DNA from: Protoeuglena noctilucae
Taxonomy: Eukaryota
Direction: 5' to 3'
Assembly: GCA_958009085.1 (NCBI GenBank)
Contig: OY253685.1
Coordinates: 1 to 64,000, forward strand
DNA: 64,000 nt
Every line of letters starts with the position of its first letter. Position 1 is the stretch's first letter. The notes below the pieces were generated by a model, which saw only the letters and a list, made by a program, of their open reading frames with translations, made no database searches and had not been told where the DNA came from. Position numbers and translations under genes: made by a program. Below are positions 39,501 through 53,100 of the stretch, piece after piece.

Positions 39501-42500
39501 GCCACCGCTGCTGCTGCCCCCAGGCACGCCGCAGCCATGGCGCCTCTCCCCGACTCCGCAGCCACCTCCGCCGCCGCTGCCAGCGCCCCCGCCCCCTCCC
39601 TCGCCCACCCCAACCCCACCTCCCCCGCCGCCACCGCCGCCCGCCACTGACGCAGCACTGCCCCCGCATCCGCCACCCCCGCCCACGCCCCCTCCGCAGC
39701 CCTGGCAGCCCCCATCGCCGCCGCCGCCTCTGCTGCCGCCCCCCTCAGCCGCCCCATCACCCGCGCCTCCTGCCTGGCCCCCTCCTCTCCCCCCCACAGC
39801 CGCGCCACCACCGCTGCCAATTGCGGATCGCCCCCCGCCCCCGCCAGCACATCTACGGCGTCCCCCAGCCCCCCCGCGAGCAGGAACAGCGCGGCGCTCG
39901 TCTCGTAATCGTGCCTAGACAGCACCGCATAGGCGTTCTTCTCGGCAGCCAGCCTCGCGTTGGGATCCGAAAAGTCTCTGGCAAAGAACTCGGCCTGTCG
40001 CGGCTGCCCCGCGGCTTTGTACAGCCCGGCGAGCACGCGTGGCCGGCGCAGGGCGACGAGCAGCAGGGCGGAGCGGGAGGGGTCGCGTGAGGCAGCGAAG
40101 TGGGAGCGTGCGGCACGCTCGGCCCAGGCGGCCAAAGCAGCCACGTCGCGCATCCACAGCCCCGCGCCCGCCGCGCGCATCGCCGGCCAGCCGTCCGGGG
40201 GTGTCCCTTGCGCAACACCCGGCACCCGCCCCTCTGCCGCCAGCACCGCCACTGCACTTGCGAGCGATTCTCCAGCACCCGACTGCGCGGCTGCAGCCAC
40301 GTCGGCCCAGGCCAGCCCCGGCGCCAGTCCCCACTCCGCCGCTTGCATGTCGCCGTCGCTGCCAGCGTGCGAGGCTGCGTGCGTCCCTGGCCCCTGCTTG
40401 CCGCCCAGGCTGTGACCTGCCAGCAGCTCCCACCGAGCTTGGGATGACTGGGAGAGGAAGCCGCGGGGGGCAGAGGGGGCGTGGCTGGTTGCTTCGGTTG
40501 GTGACTTGGCGTGGGCGGCGAGGAGGGCGCACAACAGGTGGCGGGCGGGGGGGTCGAGGGGGGGTAGAGCGGATGCGGATGCGACGGCAGCGGCAGTGCG
40601 GAGGAGGGAGTGGGCATCGCGGGAGGAGAGGCCGAGATCGGAGGCGCGAGACTGCGGGTGGGGGAGGAGTGAAGGGTGGGTTGTTTAGCTGGGGTGGCGA
40701 GAGCAGGGGGGGTGTGACTGTGAGGAGGGGGTGGTGGAGAGCAAGCCAGATCATGGCTCTACACTCCTATATATCATGATAGCAACGACACAGCACAGCA
40801 CAGCACATCACATTACACCAACAGCAGTTGACCCAACTCAACCCAACCCCCCTCACCCGTGCCGCTGGGTCCACCGCTGGCCCTCCCCCGTCCTCCCCCT
40901 CCCCCACGCGCCCCACCGACCACCCACCCCCGGCCACGGCAGCGCCTGCCCGGAATCGATCCGCATCCGCCGCCCGCACCACCCCGGCTCGGCACAGCGC
41001 CTGGGCCAGCCTTGCCGTGCCCCTCTGGGTCCACGGCTGGGATGCCGGGGCGGGGCGCAGTGTCACCCTCAGCCGCGCAGCCTGGCTGTCCGTAGTCACT
41101 GCGCTACCATTGCTTGTATGTGCCATAACCCCATCGCCATTGGCACCATTGGCACCGTCAGCACCCCCGCTGTCCCCTCCCTCTCCCTCGGATGACCGCT
41201 CATCTCCCTCCCCATTCCCATTCCCAGCCACTGTGTCCCCAAAGAAGGCCCCGAATGCGGACATGTCCAAAAGACCAGAAACCATGGGATTGGCAGGGAA
41301 GGGAGAAGGAGAGGGAGAGGGAGAGGGAGAGGGGGCGTTGTTGTCAACTGCCGCACCCTGTTTGGGCGTGTCTGACACAACGTGCTCTGACGCTGCGCCG
41401 TCTTTCGCGACAGCCCCAGCCCGCACCCGCGCCCCCTCCCGCACCGTCGCCACCTCAAAGGCAGCCCCCGCAGCTGCCAGCCTCTCCGCCAGCCCAACCG
41501 CCCTCTGTCGCATCGACTGCCCCGCCCCTGCCAGCACTGCGCCAGACCCCACCCCCGGCCACCCATCGTCATCCCCGATACCATCGTTATCTTCATCCGA
41601 GTCATCTCCCCCCATCCCCAGCGCCGCCATCGCCGCGTGCAGCACCGCCCCCGCCGATTCTGGCATCCCGGCCGCCAGAAACGCAGCGGCGGTGTCGGCA
41701 CCGAGGGCCTCGGGAAGCGTCAAATGGGGTGAGGATGCGGGGAGTGGCTGGGGAGAGGGGGAGGAAGACATGGTCACTAGTATTGGACATGAATAGACAC
41801 TGATAGATACGAAAGACAAAAGTGCCCACACCCAACGTGCTCTCGTCTGCCCCCTCACCGTTCCTGCACCCCCCCACCGCACGCGTCCCTGCCCCTCTGC
41901 ATGGTCACCCCCCGCCGCCCTCTCTGCCGCATCGGCCGCCGCCTCCTCATCGCGGGAGGGACACTGGGGTGAGAGGAGAGAGAGGAGATGGGGCATGAGG
42001 GGTTGCTGAGAGAGTACAGATGCATGGCGGCAGCAGAGGTGCTCGCCAGTTGAGCGTCGGTACAGTCATGCTCCCGACTACTGCTACCCCGGCAGCGATC
42101 CTGCGCTTTGCCAATTTCTGCCACTCTACCCATTCTCGCTCACCCCGCACCCCACCCTCACCTGCGCCGCCACCACCCCATCCCTGCACGCCCCCACCAC
42201 CACCCCGCACCCCCCCGCCGCCAGCACCCTGGCACCCCCGGGCATCTCCACGCCCCCCAAATACTCCAATCGCGCGTCGCATGTGAGTGCGTACAGATGC
42301 ACCCTCGTGCCGCAACACACCGCGACGGTGGGGGCGGAGAGGGCGGGCAGCCATGCAACGGCGGTGGCATCTGGGCCGGGGGGATACTCTGTGGCGAGAG
42401 ATAAGAGGTGGCCGGGGCAGGGGGAGACGGCGAGGACCTGAGAGGGGAAATATGAGGGGAAGTGGGGTGATGAGTGGTGGCGTGATGGGGGATGCATGAT

Positions 42501-45500
42501 GAGGGGTGCGCGGATGGGTGAGGACGTGACGCAACACGCTTGGCTTGGCATGGACATGGAAGAGCACGATAGAAAAGGTGAGTGCAATTAGCATTTGCAC
42601 CCATTCCCCCACCCTACAACTCCTCTCACCTGCAGCACGGCCCTTCCCCCCGCTGCCCCACACACCGCCACCAGTCCCCCATTCACAGCGACACCCTTCA
42701 CGGACTCTGCAGCAAGCAGGGTGGGTGAAACGCCGCACGCGCTCCCCGATTCCCGCACCACGACGCCCGCCGCACCTCGCCCCTCATTGCTTACTACCAC
42801 CATGACTGCCACGCCCGCCCCTGCTATCGCCCCCGCCACCACTACCCCCGCCTCCCCCACCGCCATCGCCACGCCAGTCACGCTCTGTATTCTCCCTTCA
42901 TCAACAACACCCCGCAGCAGCGCTGGGCGACCCGCCGGCGACGCAACCAGCACCTCCACCACCCCCTCACAATGCACATCATCATCACTGCCCCTGTCGC
43001 ATGCGCCGTCTGTGTCTCTTGCCCGCCACGCCACGTCCATCACCGCCCAAGCAGCGTTGTTCACTTCGTTCATAAAGACGTCGCTGGGCCGTGGCAGGGG
43101 AGCGGCGTGGGTGGGCGAGAGGGTGTGGGAGAGCAATGTGAGGGTGGGCGTGGGGTGGCCGGTGATGGCGGCGATGGCGGCGGGTCCTGCCCATGTGAGA
43201 GCCAGGCAGGGGGCGAGGGAGGGGAGATGAGACTCGGCGAGTGCGGACCTGTGAGGGAGGGTGGGGATGGGTGGGGGGAAGATGAGGGGTGGTGGGATGA
43301 GGGCAGACACAGCCATGGCGTTAACAACACTCGACCACATCGATTATTACATTTCCATGATGTCATGGATACTCGACCACAACACCAGAGCACCCAGTCA
43401 GCAGTTACCATCGCATGCGTGTTCATACTACCAAACCCCCATTCCATCTCTCACATGCTCCCGACGTCCCACACGATGGCGTGCCCCCCCTCATCCACCG
43501 ATGCGCATGGCCGCGTGACATCTGAGGGCGATGAGGGTGCCAGTGCGAGGCATGCGACAGGGGCGGCGTGGGCGGTGAGGGAGGCGGAGGGGCAGGGGAC
43601 GGGGAGGGGGGAGGGGTCGGGGGTGGTGGGCGTGTCGGGCTGCGGGTGGGGGACGGTTGGGGCGAGGTGAGGGGGGGAGGTGAGGCATGCGTGGAGATGA
43701 GTCATGCAGGCGTAATGAGGTGATGATGCATATGGATTGTAGCAACGGTGCGCTTGTCGCTAACAACCATCGTAAGCAATGTCTCTCTGGTTTGGTTTGT
43801 CAACAACAACAACCCCCTCTCCCATCTCTCGCCTCTTGTTGCGGCCGCATGCGATCAGCCACGGTGTCGATGGCATAGGCACCCAGTGCGGCTGACCCGG
43901 ATGCTCCCCCCGCTGCCACTACCACGCCCTCAATCACGGGGTGGGGGGCCGCCAGCTGCGGGGGGGGGGGGAGGGGAGTGAAGAGAGGGGTGGGAGAGGG
44001 AGATGGGCAAGTGACAGTGGCATTCCTATCTGTAACAGCGGCTGTCTCTAACAACGACGGCATTGTCTCTCGTTGTTAACAATGGCAACGACGGCTCGGC
44101 ATCACATGCAGCATCCGCCATACTCAATCACCCCTCCCCTCGCCTGGTACATAACGTGCAGCATGGGCCTCGCCCTTGCCATGGCTCCTCCCCCCCCCAG
44201 GGCATAGCAGCCCCAGAAAGCGACGCGGGGGCGGGGGGCGCGGTGGGACGAGCGGGCGTGGGAGGGGGGCATGGCGATATGGGAGAGGCCCTGTACTGCC
44301 CAGAGCAGAATGCGGGACAACTCGCTATCGCCATCGGGACTGGGGTGTGACGGGGGTGCGGGTGAGGGGGCGTCCGGCAGTGCTGGTGTGGTGCGTTGCG
44401 GGGGCGCGGGGAGCGTGAGGGCAATCCACCACACGTCCTGCACTCCCGGTAAGCGACCGGCCTCGACTGGCTGCACCCAGGACAGGTGGCACTGGGGGAG
44501 GGGTGGAGTGGGGTGGGGTGGGTGAGGGGAGTGGAGTGACGTAGCGCGCACATAGGGCATAGCCTGTATGCAACATTTGGTGCCAACTGCTATAAATATC
44601 GAGTGATTAGATTGTAATCTTCATGCCTCCCCTCACCTGTGCGGGCGTGATGCCCGGCGGCACCTGCTCAGCGGGGTTGAGGACCAACGCGGTGACCCAC
44701 TCGGGGGCAGGGGTGGCAGGAGATGCCTGGGGAGTGAGAGCGAGGGTGTTGATGTGTATCACTGGTTAGTAAGCATCACTGGCAAACACTGATGCGCGCA
44801 ACGAACGAGGCAGTGGCGAGCCAGGTCACGCCGCCGTGGACATCACGCAACTATCACGCTCCATCCCTGCACCGCCCCTCACCTCCCCCGCCGCCGCCCC
44901 CGAGTCCCCCCCCTCCGCCTCCTCTCCCGTATAAGCCATCGCCACCTTCACCCACACCCGCACCTCCCCATTCGCCGCCAGAGTCGCCAGCGCCCCCGTC
45001 CCACGCCTCCCCGCCACCCCCAGCCCCAGCCCCGCCAGCCCCGCTCCCGCCCCGTGCCGCGGCAGGTCGATGGAGAGTCGCGGAGTGGCACCCCCGCCGT
45101 CTGCATCCCCTTCCCCATCTGCCGTTATGGCCAAAGCGTCCCCACCAACGCTCACGCTCATGCGGGGTGGCTGTGAGGGGTCGTCGATGGGAGCGGGGGT
45201 CCACGCTGCCTCGAGGACCGGGGCGGGGTGGCGAAGAGTGGACATGGCGGGGGGGTGGGGGGAGCGGGGGGGGGCGGGGGTGATGACGGGGAACTCACGG
45301 CTGCAAGGGGAGGGTGAGGAAGGAAGCATGACATGTGAGACACAGCACAGCACAGCACAGCACAGCACAGCACAGCACAGCACAGCATAGCACAGCAGGG
45401 CACAGCACAGCACACGCACACCGCTCTCGTCACCTCAGCCCCCGTATGCCGGCCAGTGCGGGCTCGTGCGGTGTGGTCCCTGCCGCCAGCATGTTGAGGG

Positions 45501-46215
45501 CGGCGGGCGACGCGAGGCTGAACCGCCACAGAGGCGCCCACGGCGACGGGGCAAGCATGGAGAGCAGCCCAGTGACATCGGCCACCAACAGACCCGCACC
45601 GTCGCCCGCCCACGCCATGGCGCAGACGTCCGCGGGGGATGACAGGGCCAGCTCCCCCACCGCGCGGCCCTCCCCGGCGTCGTCTGCGCCCGTCAGCAGC
45701 GGCGCGGCGTCCGCCACCAGCACGTGGCTCTCGGAGTCGTGTGTGACCACTGCGGCCAGCTGGGCCTGGGGGGACGCCGCCAGGAGCGTCACGGGCGCCT
45801 CGCGCATGCTCATGCGCACCGTCGCGCGCAGCGTGCCCTCCGGCTGCGGGTGGACCAGGCCCAGGCGGCCCTGCGAGGGAGAAGGGTCCATGGTGGAAGC
45901 GAGCGCGCGCGCGGGCTGGCGATACGGCAGCGGAGTGGGTCCAGACGAGAGAATTTGCGAATCGGAAACATCAGGACCCGACCAAACGCTCGTATCTATC
46001 GCCCGGGCGCGGAACGCCCATTGCGCAGGGACCGCGCACTGCGACGGGCCGCGACGCGCGCCGGAGGGCCGCACTCTTGCCGCTCTCACCTGGTGCGATA
46101 TCTCCATAAACACCTCGCTCGAATGCGTCCCCCATGCCACCGCCATCTGCTCCGGCGCGAAGGGGCTCAGGACGAGCACGGGGTCGCTCGTCCGCGTGGG
46201 CGGGGACCGCAGCAT
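36599..46215 (-). CDS. RAVE complex Rav1 / DMXL (rabconnectin-3 alpha)-like WD40 protein, multi-exon
   Basis: Rav1p_C domain at ~39790-40200 (WPAMRAAGAGLWMRD...FFARDFSDPNARLAAEKNAYAVLSRHDYETSAALFLLAG...DPQLAAVVARL); C-terminal WD40 motifs (ALESHPSEPILATG, FYTGGADGVVAAWD, LSAGEDGTAKLW). The start codon at 46215 is tentative. Confidence 0.85.
38801..38943. repeat. Intronic minisatellite, 30 bp period (18+12 bp subunits sharing GGTAGCAGTG), exact 60 bp higher-order unit
   Basis: 38821-38880 is identical to 38881-38940; it lies in a Rav1 intron. Confidence 0.92.
45339..45413. repeat. (CACAG)n pentanucleotide microsatellite in a Rav1 intron
   Basis: Directly visible tandem CACAG; a shorter copy occurs at ~40788-40805. 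Confidence 0.93.
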
Positions 46216-46523
46216 GGTGGCTCCCGATCGAACCACCCAGGTTTCCCCTCTCCTTGTTCCAACGACGCCTCCAACACCTCGGCCCGGGCCCCCTCTTCAC
46301 CCTGTGCAAGCGGACATGCTCGTTCCTGCCCTCCGCAGCAAACCGCGGGGTGTAATTCAGCGATCTCCGTGCCACAGAGCGGCGTTGCTCGTCTTCAATC
46401 CAAGCTGGACCGCAAACTCGCGAAGGAATGCTGCCGAAGGCTAGAAAATGGCGGTGGTCTTGTGCGGCACGAAGGGCAACCCCGAGAGTTGGGGAAAATG
46501 GGAGTGCCATATGCCACATGCCA

Positions 46524-47086
46524 TCATGCAAACGTGGAGCCGTCGAACCCCCAGTCCGCAGCGGCGCAATCGTGGAAGCGGATGTACGTCCTGTCCCTCG
46601 GCACGCCCAGGTACTCCTCCAGGACCTCGCAGATGGCCGCACTGATCTTCTGCAGGCAAAGTGGCAATGGGCAATGCTCTCACGCACTCCAGAGCTCGGC
46701 CACGCGCAATGTGACTCCAACATGAGCTCTAACACCCACCTTGTTCTTGTCGCCACCGATGGCACCGATGGAGGACAGCGTGCAGAAAGCCGCAGGGTCC
46801 GTGGATCCCGCGAATGCCATCGGGATGCCTGCCTGGAGCGTCACCATCACGTACTGCTCCGGCTTCCCCACGGAGCTGGCCACCGCCTTGCTCGCCGCGA
46901 GCACAAACTCTTCGGTGCTGCCGGGGCCTGCTGCTGGGGGCGCAGCTACCGAGACACGCCTGCCCACCGCCATCGCGGGCACTGCGGGCGATGCCACGCG
47001 GGAGTCGGGAGGGAGACAGCACACATGAGGAGGAAAGAAGCCATTATTGGGATCTCACCATTCGTGCAAACCGTGAGCGTCGGCAT
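46524..47086 (-). CDS. MIF: Macrophage migration inhibitory factor (MIF)/tautomerase family protein, 3 exons
   Basis: MPTLTVCTNV (catalytic Pro1); ASKAVASSVGKPEQYVMV; MAFAGSTDPAAFCTLSSIG; LGVPRDRTYIRFHD...WGFDGSTF. Confidence 0.95.
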
Positions 47087-47313
47087 GACCCACAGCTCCC
47101 TATCGGGGGGCGATTCAGCCGCGGCAGGTCCTGACACCCGCTCGCCTCCTCTCTCTGGCCAATGAACAATCGGGGGGCGGGACAAAGGAGCCCCCAGCTG
47201 CGCGGGTGCCCAGTCAGACCGGCTTGCCAGAGCCGAGGTGGTGCTCCAAGCGCGTCTGCCGGCCAGGGCGCCGTCGAGTTCCGACGGAGTGATCTTTGCA
47301 ACTCCCGACGCTC
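47087..47313. promoter_or_regulatory. Short bidirectional promoter (MIF / Tic40) with CCAAT and GC-box-like motifs
   Basis: Divergent starts ~230 bp apart; CCAAT at 47159-47163 and GGGGCGGG at ~47174-47181. Confidence 0.5.
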
Positions 47314-49814
47314 ATGTCCGTGGCATCCGCACGCCTCCTGCCCCGCGGGGCTCCGGCGGGGCCTGCTGGCCCGGCCCTGCCCCGGAGGCCGGCCCGGCAG
47401 GCTTGCTCGACGCTGAGGAGCTCTCGTTGCGCGGCAGTGTCGGGCGGTGATGCCTCCTCGCCCGCTCCCAGCGGCGACGCGGGCGCTCGATCGGGTGTGC
47501 CGCCCGCGCAGAATTTCCAGGCCTGGGAGGCGATGGATCCGCGGGCCCAGGTGCGCCATCGCGGCTTCGACTGTACTAGCGCCTCGCGTCCTGCCGGTGG
47601 CCCGGGGCCGGTGCCAGCGGCGTCCGGGATTGGCGGACGGCGACGTGCCGCGCATCTTGCGACGGCCGCCTCGCGGCCGCGGGCTCGCCCCTCGGATCCC
47701 ACTCTCTCTCCGGCGCCTGACCGGAGCCACCCTGGCATCCCCCCCGCAACGCGTGGCGGCCCCCCGGCCGGCTCTCTCGCCCGTCGCGCACGCGCACGTG
47801 TCAGCGCGCGTCCACCCGGCCGCGCGCGCCCCCGTTTCCCTCTCCCCGCCGCTTTTGCTGCACTAGCGGCTTCCTTCGCCGTCACCCACGCCCTCCCCTC
47901 CCTCGCGCGCAGATGCCAGGCCCCCCCCCGGGCTATGAGCACGGCCAGGCCATCCCCCCCCCCCCCATGTACTACTATGGGTACTACCCTCAGCAGCAGG
48001 CGCCGCCGGCCGCCAAGTCGTCCCCGGGCGTGCCGGGTGTGGTGTGGGTGGGCGTGGGCGCCGTGCTGGGCGTGGTGGGCCTGAAGGTTTTCGACTTTGT
48101 CAAGGACGGCCCGGCTGGCATGCAGCAGAAGCTGATGGCGGCCGCGATGGAGAAGGCGATGGGGGCGCAGGGGGCGGGGTCGCCCTTCGGCGCGGGGTTC
48201 CCTGCCCCCGGGATGGGCATGGGGGCGCGGCCGGGTCCGGTTGTCGACACGACCGCGACGACCGCCTCCGCCAGCAGCAGCCGGGACGCGCGGCCGGCCC
48301 CGGCGGTCTCTCAGTGGGAGAAGAAGGCGAAGAACAGGGCGCCGTCCGGGTCCTCTGCGGGGCGCACCGGGTCTGAAGCGGCCAAGGCGGTGGGGTCCCA
48401 GGGGGCGAAGGAGGCGGACGCTTCGGGGGCTGCCAAGAAGAAGCGGTCTGCGTTCCGGGACCTGTCATCGGATGCGGCGACGGACGCCACGGTGGTCGAG
48501 GCGACCAGGTGGGGGTGCTGGGGGGGTGGGGGGTGATGGCGGGCGTGCGTGACTGTCGGTACCAGGTTTGTTACTATGCTCGGTGCCATGCTATCAGCAC
48601 ATCCCGGTCCCTTCTATTTCCCCGCGCGGCCCCGCGTGCCCCGTGGGGTATGCTGGGGACCCACAGCGACGGGGTGGACCCCCGAAGCGGCCCTGCATTT
48701 GCGATGCGGGGCCGACGATGCGGTCCACCCACAGCGCACGCCTGTATGTGTGCTGTTGCGTATCTGTTGTCGCAGATGATTGCAACACATTATCTCGGGT
48801 CACCCACAGCGCATACATCTCTCTGTACACTTGCATGCGACTGCCACTCTCTCAACGCATCACCAACGATCATGACCAACCCTGCACATCCCCATCTCTC
48901 CCTCTCTCCCCCCAGCACCCCCTCCGATTCCTCCTCCACCGACACGCGCGCCATGGTGGCGGAGATGATGGACCGCGTGCTCACGGACCCCGAGGCGCAG
49001 AAGATGCTCTACCCCCACCTGCCCGAGCACATGCGCAGCCCGGAGACGTTCAAGTGGATGCTGGAGAACCCGGAGATGAAGGCACAGATCCAGCAGATGC
49101 TCGAGCAGCAGATGGGCCAGGCGGACCCGGCCGTGGTGAGAGAGAGAGTGGGGGGTGGAGTGAGTGGTAGTTTTGGTGGGTTGAGCGAGTGTGTTGAGGG
49201 TGGGGTGGGGTGGAGCGACTGCAGCAGTGCCGATCGCCTTCCCTGCTGTAACTCATACTTGCTTCGCTCACACTTGCTGTGCTTACACTCACCCACACCC
49301 ACACCCCCACTTACCAACTCACCCCTCCCCCCCCCCCCCCCCCCCCCCAACCCCAGGCGGAGGCAGTGGGCGGCTTCGACCTGAGCAGCCCCGAGGTGCA
49401 GGCCCAGTTCGAGGCGTTAGGGATGAAGCCGGAGGAGCTGATGCAGAAGATGTGGAGCGACCCGGAGCTGATGCAGGGGCTGATGAACCCGAAGGTGCAG
49501 GCGGCGATCGCGGACATCCAGCGCAACCCCGCCAACATGCTCAAGCACATGTCGGACCCGGAGGTCAGCCGCATTATGCTCAAGATGCAGCAGATGTTTG
49601 CGCCACAGGTGAGGGGGAGGGGGGGGGGGTGGGCGCATGAGCACTGGGAATGGTGATGGTACCTGTGTTTGACCTCTGCGCATGACCGTTTCCATGCCGT
49701 GTCTGTGACGGTGCGGTGTTAGTGTGATTGTGATTGTTGATAACTTGTCGTCCCCACCCGTCACGCGCATCGCAGGCCATGCAGAAGCAGGCAGCCAAAA
49801 ACGGGGCCAAGTGA
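47314..49814 (+). CDS. TIC40: Chloroplast inner-envelope translocon co-chaperone Tic40
   Basis: Transit-peptide-like start; TM VVWVGVGAVLGVVGL; DPEAQKMLYPHLPEHMRSPETFKWMLENP and FDLSSPEVQAQF...NPKVQAAI (STI1/Hop repeats typical of Tic40). The last small exon (49776-49814) is inferred. Confidence 0.92.
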
Positions 49815-50182
49815 GCACGGGAGGGTTTGAAACATGGGCAATCGGCATGAGAGTGGCAGGCGTGGTGGTGACATGCATGGGCCCATGCGCGCCGATGTGG
49901 CCAGGCGTGTGCGGGGGCGGCGGCTGGTTGCAAGGCGCTGCCTGGGTCGCGCGTTTGCGGAGCGGCGTTTGAATCACGCTCTGGGGTCAGTCTATACGCA
50001 TGTTTTTAGCTGATCAACAGTGGCTTAGCCACTGGGCTAACGGCGCGTTTCTGCTTACGCGATTGTCTCCCGTGACACCCTGTCCGAGTGTGGAATGCAC
50101 GGCTACTACGTTACTACGCTATCGCTGCTGCTCGTCATGCCAATCTCAGCGCCAACAAAGCATCGCCCTCTCTGCGCCCCAA

Positions 50183-53100
50183 TCACGCCAAGCCCCCTCC
50201 CAACCACAGGTTGCCCTGTGCGTCCATGCACACCATGCCAGGCCGCAATACCATCTTGCGCTCCCTCGTCGGTCGGTACGCAGCACCTGCATCACCCTCA
50301 CCCTCACCCCCAACACCTGCACCCGCACCCGACCCCTGTGCCCCAGCCCCGGTCCCCCGCACCGCCCCTTTCGCCACTGCCCCTTTTGCCGCCGCTGCCC
50401 CCGCTGATTTGCCCTTCCCCCCTTTGGCATTTGACTTCCCCTGCCCACCCCCACCCGCACTCGCACCCGCACCCGCAGCCCCCTTCCCTCCCTTCCCCAC
50501 CCCTCCCTTGGCCACCGCCCCTCCCCTCTCTCTCGCCTCCTTAGCCACCTCCTGTGCAGCCCCACGCGCCCGCGTCACCCGCACACTCTCCACCCCCACA
50601 TCCCCCTCCTCTGCCTTCTCACGATCCCTCTTAGCACCCCTCTTGCCACCCCCCCCCGCGCCACCCTCCGCCGCACCCCCACGCCCCCTCTCCCTTGCTC
50701 TCTCTTCCTTTGCTCTCGCTTCCCCCTCCTCCCCCACAAAGTAGCACTCGCACGCACCCCCCTCAAATGCATTCACCCCGTCTCCCTCCCCCATGCACAC
50801 CATGGGTGGCGCCATCAACACCGTCCACTCCACACCAGCTCTCTTCGACTTGCCCTTTGATGCTTGCTTGGCCGTCACCACTGCCATGTCTTCATTGGTA
50901 TCGTTGGTGAGACTGGGATCGGCGGTGATGGCCAGGGGGACCCGGAGGGGCGGCAGGCCTGGGGAGGGACAAGTGGGAGAGGTATGGATGCATGTGGCGT
51001 GGCGTGAGGGAGCGCGGGGCTGGGGCGGTGGGCCAAGGTGGGTACTGGCAACACTGTCACTGTCGCTCCACACACGAGCACGACGTCTGAGCTCTCACCG
51101 GGCGGTGCGCAGGGCTCTTCCCTCCCCAACTCTGTTGCACCCTCCGCCATCCCCCGCAGCAGCTGCAGCGCCCGACTGGCGCCTGCCCCAGCCTCCCCCG
51201 CCCGCCCCGCCACCGCCACCGCCAGTGACGCCACCCCCGCCAAATCCTCACGGCTCATCTGTAATGACGAGACATTATGTGTGACTCAGTTATTGGTATG
51301 TGTGTCTAGTGCCAGTCATGTCTGTGAAATCCTTCCACCAGCACAACTGAACCTCTTTTATCACCTCATGGTAACATGCAACCAACACCGCGCCAACTAT
51401 CAGGTACCAGGTACCATGTACCAACTCATCGCTAACCTCCATGCATCCGCGCCCTCACCAGGGTCGGCACCAGCGCCTGGCACGCCGCGACCACCTGCCA
51501 CGCATTCCACACCCACGCATCAATGGCAGGGAGGTCGCTCTGAGACGACACATCCCACACCTGCAGACACACGCACGGGGCATAGCGAGACTGGGTGTGG
51601 GTGTTCAGAGATACATGGGAAGCACGACTGACTTTGAGTCGCTGCTTGAAAGTCGCCAGCACCCTGCACCCACCCAGCCAGCACCCTGCACCACTCGCCC
51701 GCCACTCAACACCACTCCCCGTTCGCTCACCTGCCCGCTCACGTGCTCGGCCACCATCTCTGCGAAACCCCCCTCGCCATCTAGGCCCTGCAGAGGAAAG
51801 GGACCCACAAGTGACGTTCTGTGTCACAATCCGACTTTTGCACACACCACACCCAAAGCACCCCACATCACCCCCATCCTCACCATCCCCAGCCGCCCCC
51901 TCCCCGCCGCCCCCAGCAGCGCGGCGATGAGCCATGCCCTCTCCATCGCGAGCGTAGCTGCGCGCTTCTCCTCAACACCCACGGCCCGCTCCCCCATCGC
52001 TTGCATCCGTGCGTCGGTCAGTGCCGCCCATGATCGGTTGGCAGCGGAAGTCTCGGGGCGCACAACGACTGCGGCAGATGATGGGGAGATGGGGAGGTAG
52101 GTGATGAGAAGCAGATGGTGAGGGACATGATGAGTGGGGTGAGGGACGAGGGAGCGACGGGTGAGGGGGGGATGGCAGAGATGAGGGCAGGGAAGCACTG
52201 AAGTGCGATGGATCCCTCACAACCCTTCAGCCGCTCACCTGCCCTCTCCCGATGCCACCTGCAGCTGCCATTTAGTCCCCCCAGGACACTCCTGCGGAAC
52301 TCGAGCGGGGCGCGGCACAGCGAGGCAGCCACGTCGCACGCCACGCTCGCCACGACGTCGCTGGGGAGGGGCGCACAGAGTGACGAGAGGAGCAGGGAGG
52401 CGCGGAGAGCGCCCAGGTCGACTTGGCCGCCGCCGGGGGGTGGGGGAGGCGACTGCGGAGGGAGAGGGGCAGTGGGTGCATCGCCCGTGCGGTGGTGTAG
52501 TGTGCTGTGGTTTGACAGCGGTGCGCGGAACAGTCACTAATCTGCATCACCTGCCCAGGTAGTGACAATCACATCGCACCTGGCTCCACCCTGCCGCGCC
52601 GCGGCGCATGGCCACCCCCGCCGCCCCCCACACCGCCGCCGCCACCCTGGCCCGCGCCTCCCTTGTCCCCCGCGCAGCCGCCCGCACGCCCCCCTCCGCC
52701 TCTGCCGCAGCCGCACCGCCCCTCTTGCGCCCCTTCCCCTTCTGGCGCGACGGCGACGGCGTTGGCGGCTCTCCGTGACCCCCCTCCGCCCCCGGTTGCG
52801 GTCCAAACACCCTCGCTAGCGATACTGACCCGGTTGCATGCGCGCCGCCCCTCACGCCACCCATCGCGCCCATCGCCTCGGCGACGGGAGCGTACTCGGT
52901 GTCGTCTGCCAAAACGCACAGCAGGGACAGGCACGTGGCGGCACATGCCTCGGCCTCTAACGCGTCCCTGCAGGGAAAGACCCAAGGGACTATGGTGACT
53001 GCTGACTCATCGCAAGTCATGTCTGGCACATGCATGCCCATGCGTGTTATGTTCATCCATATCTAAGCCACCACTCACCATTCAGGAAGGGCATGGGCAT

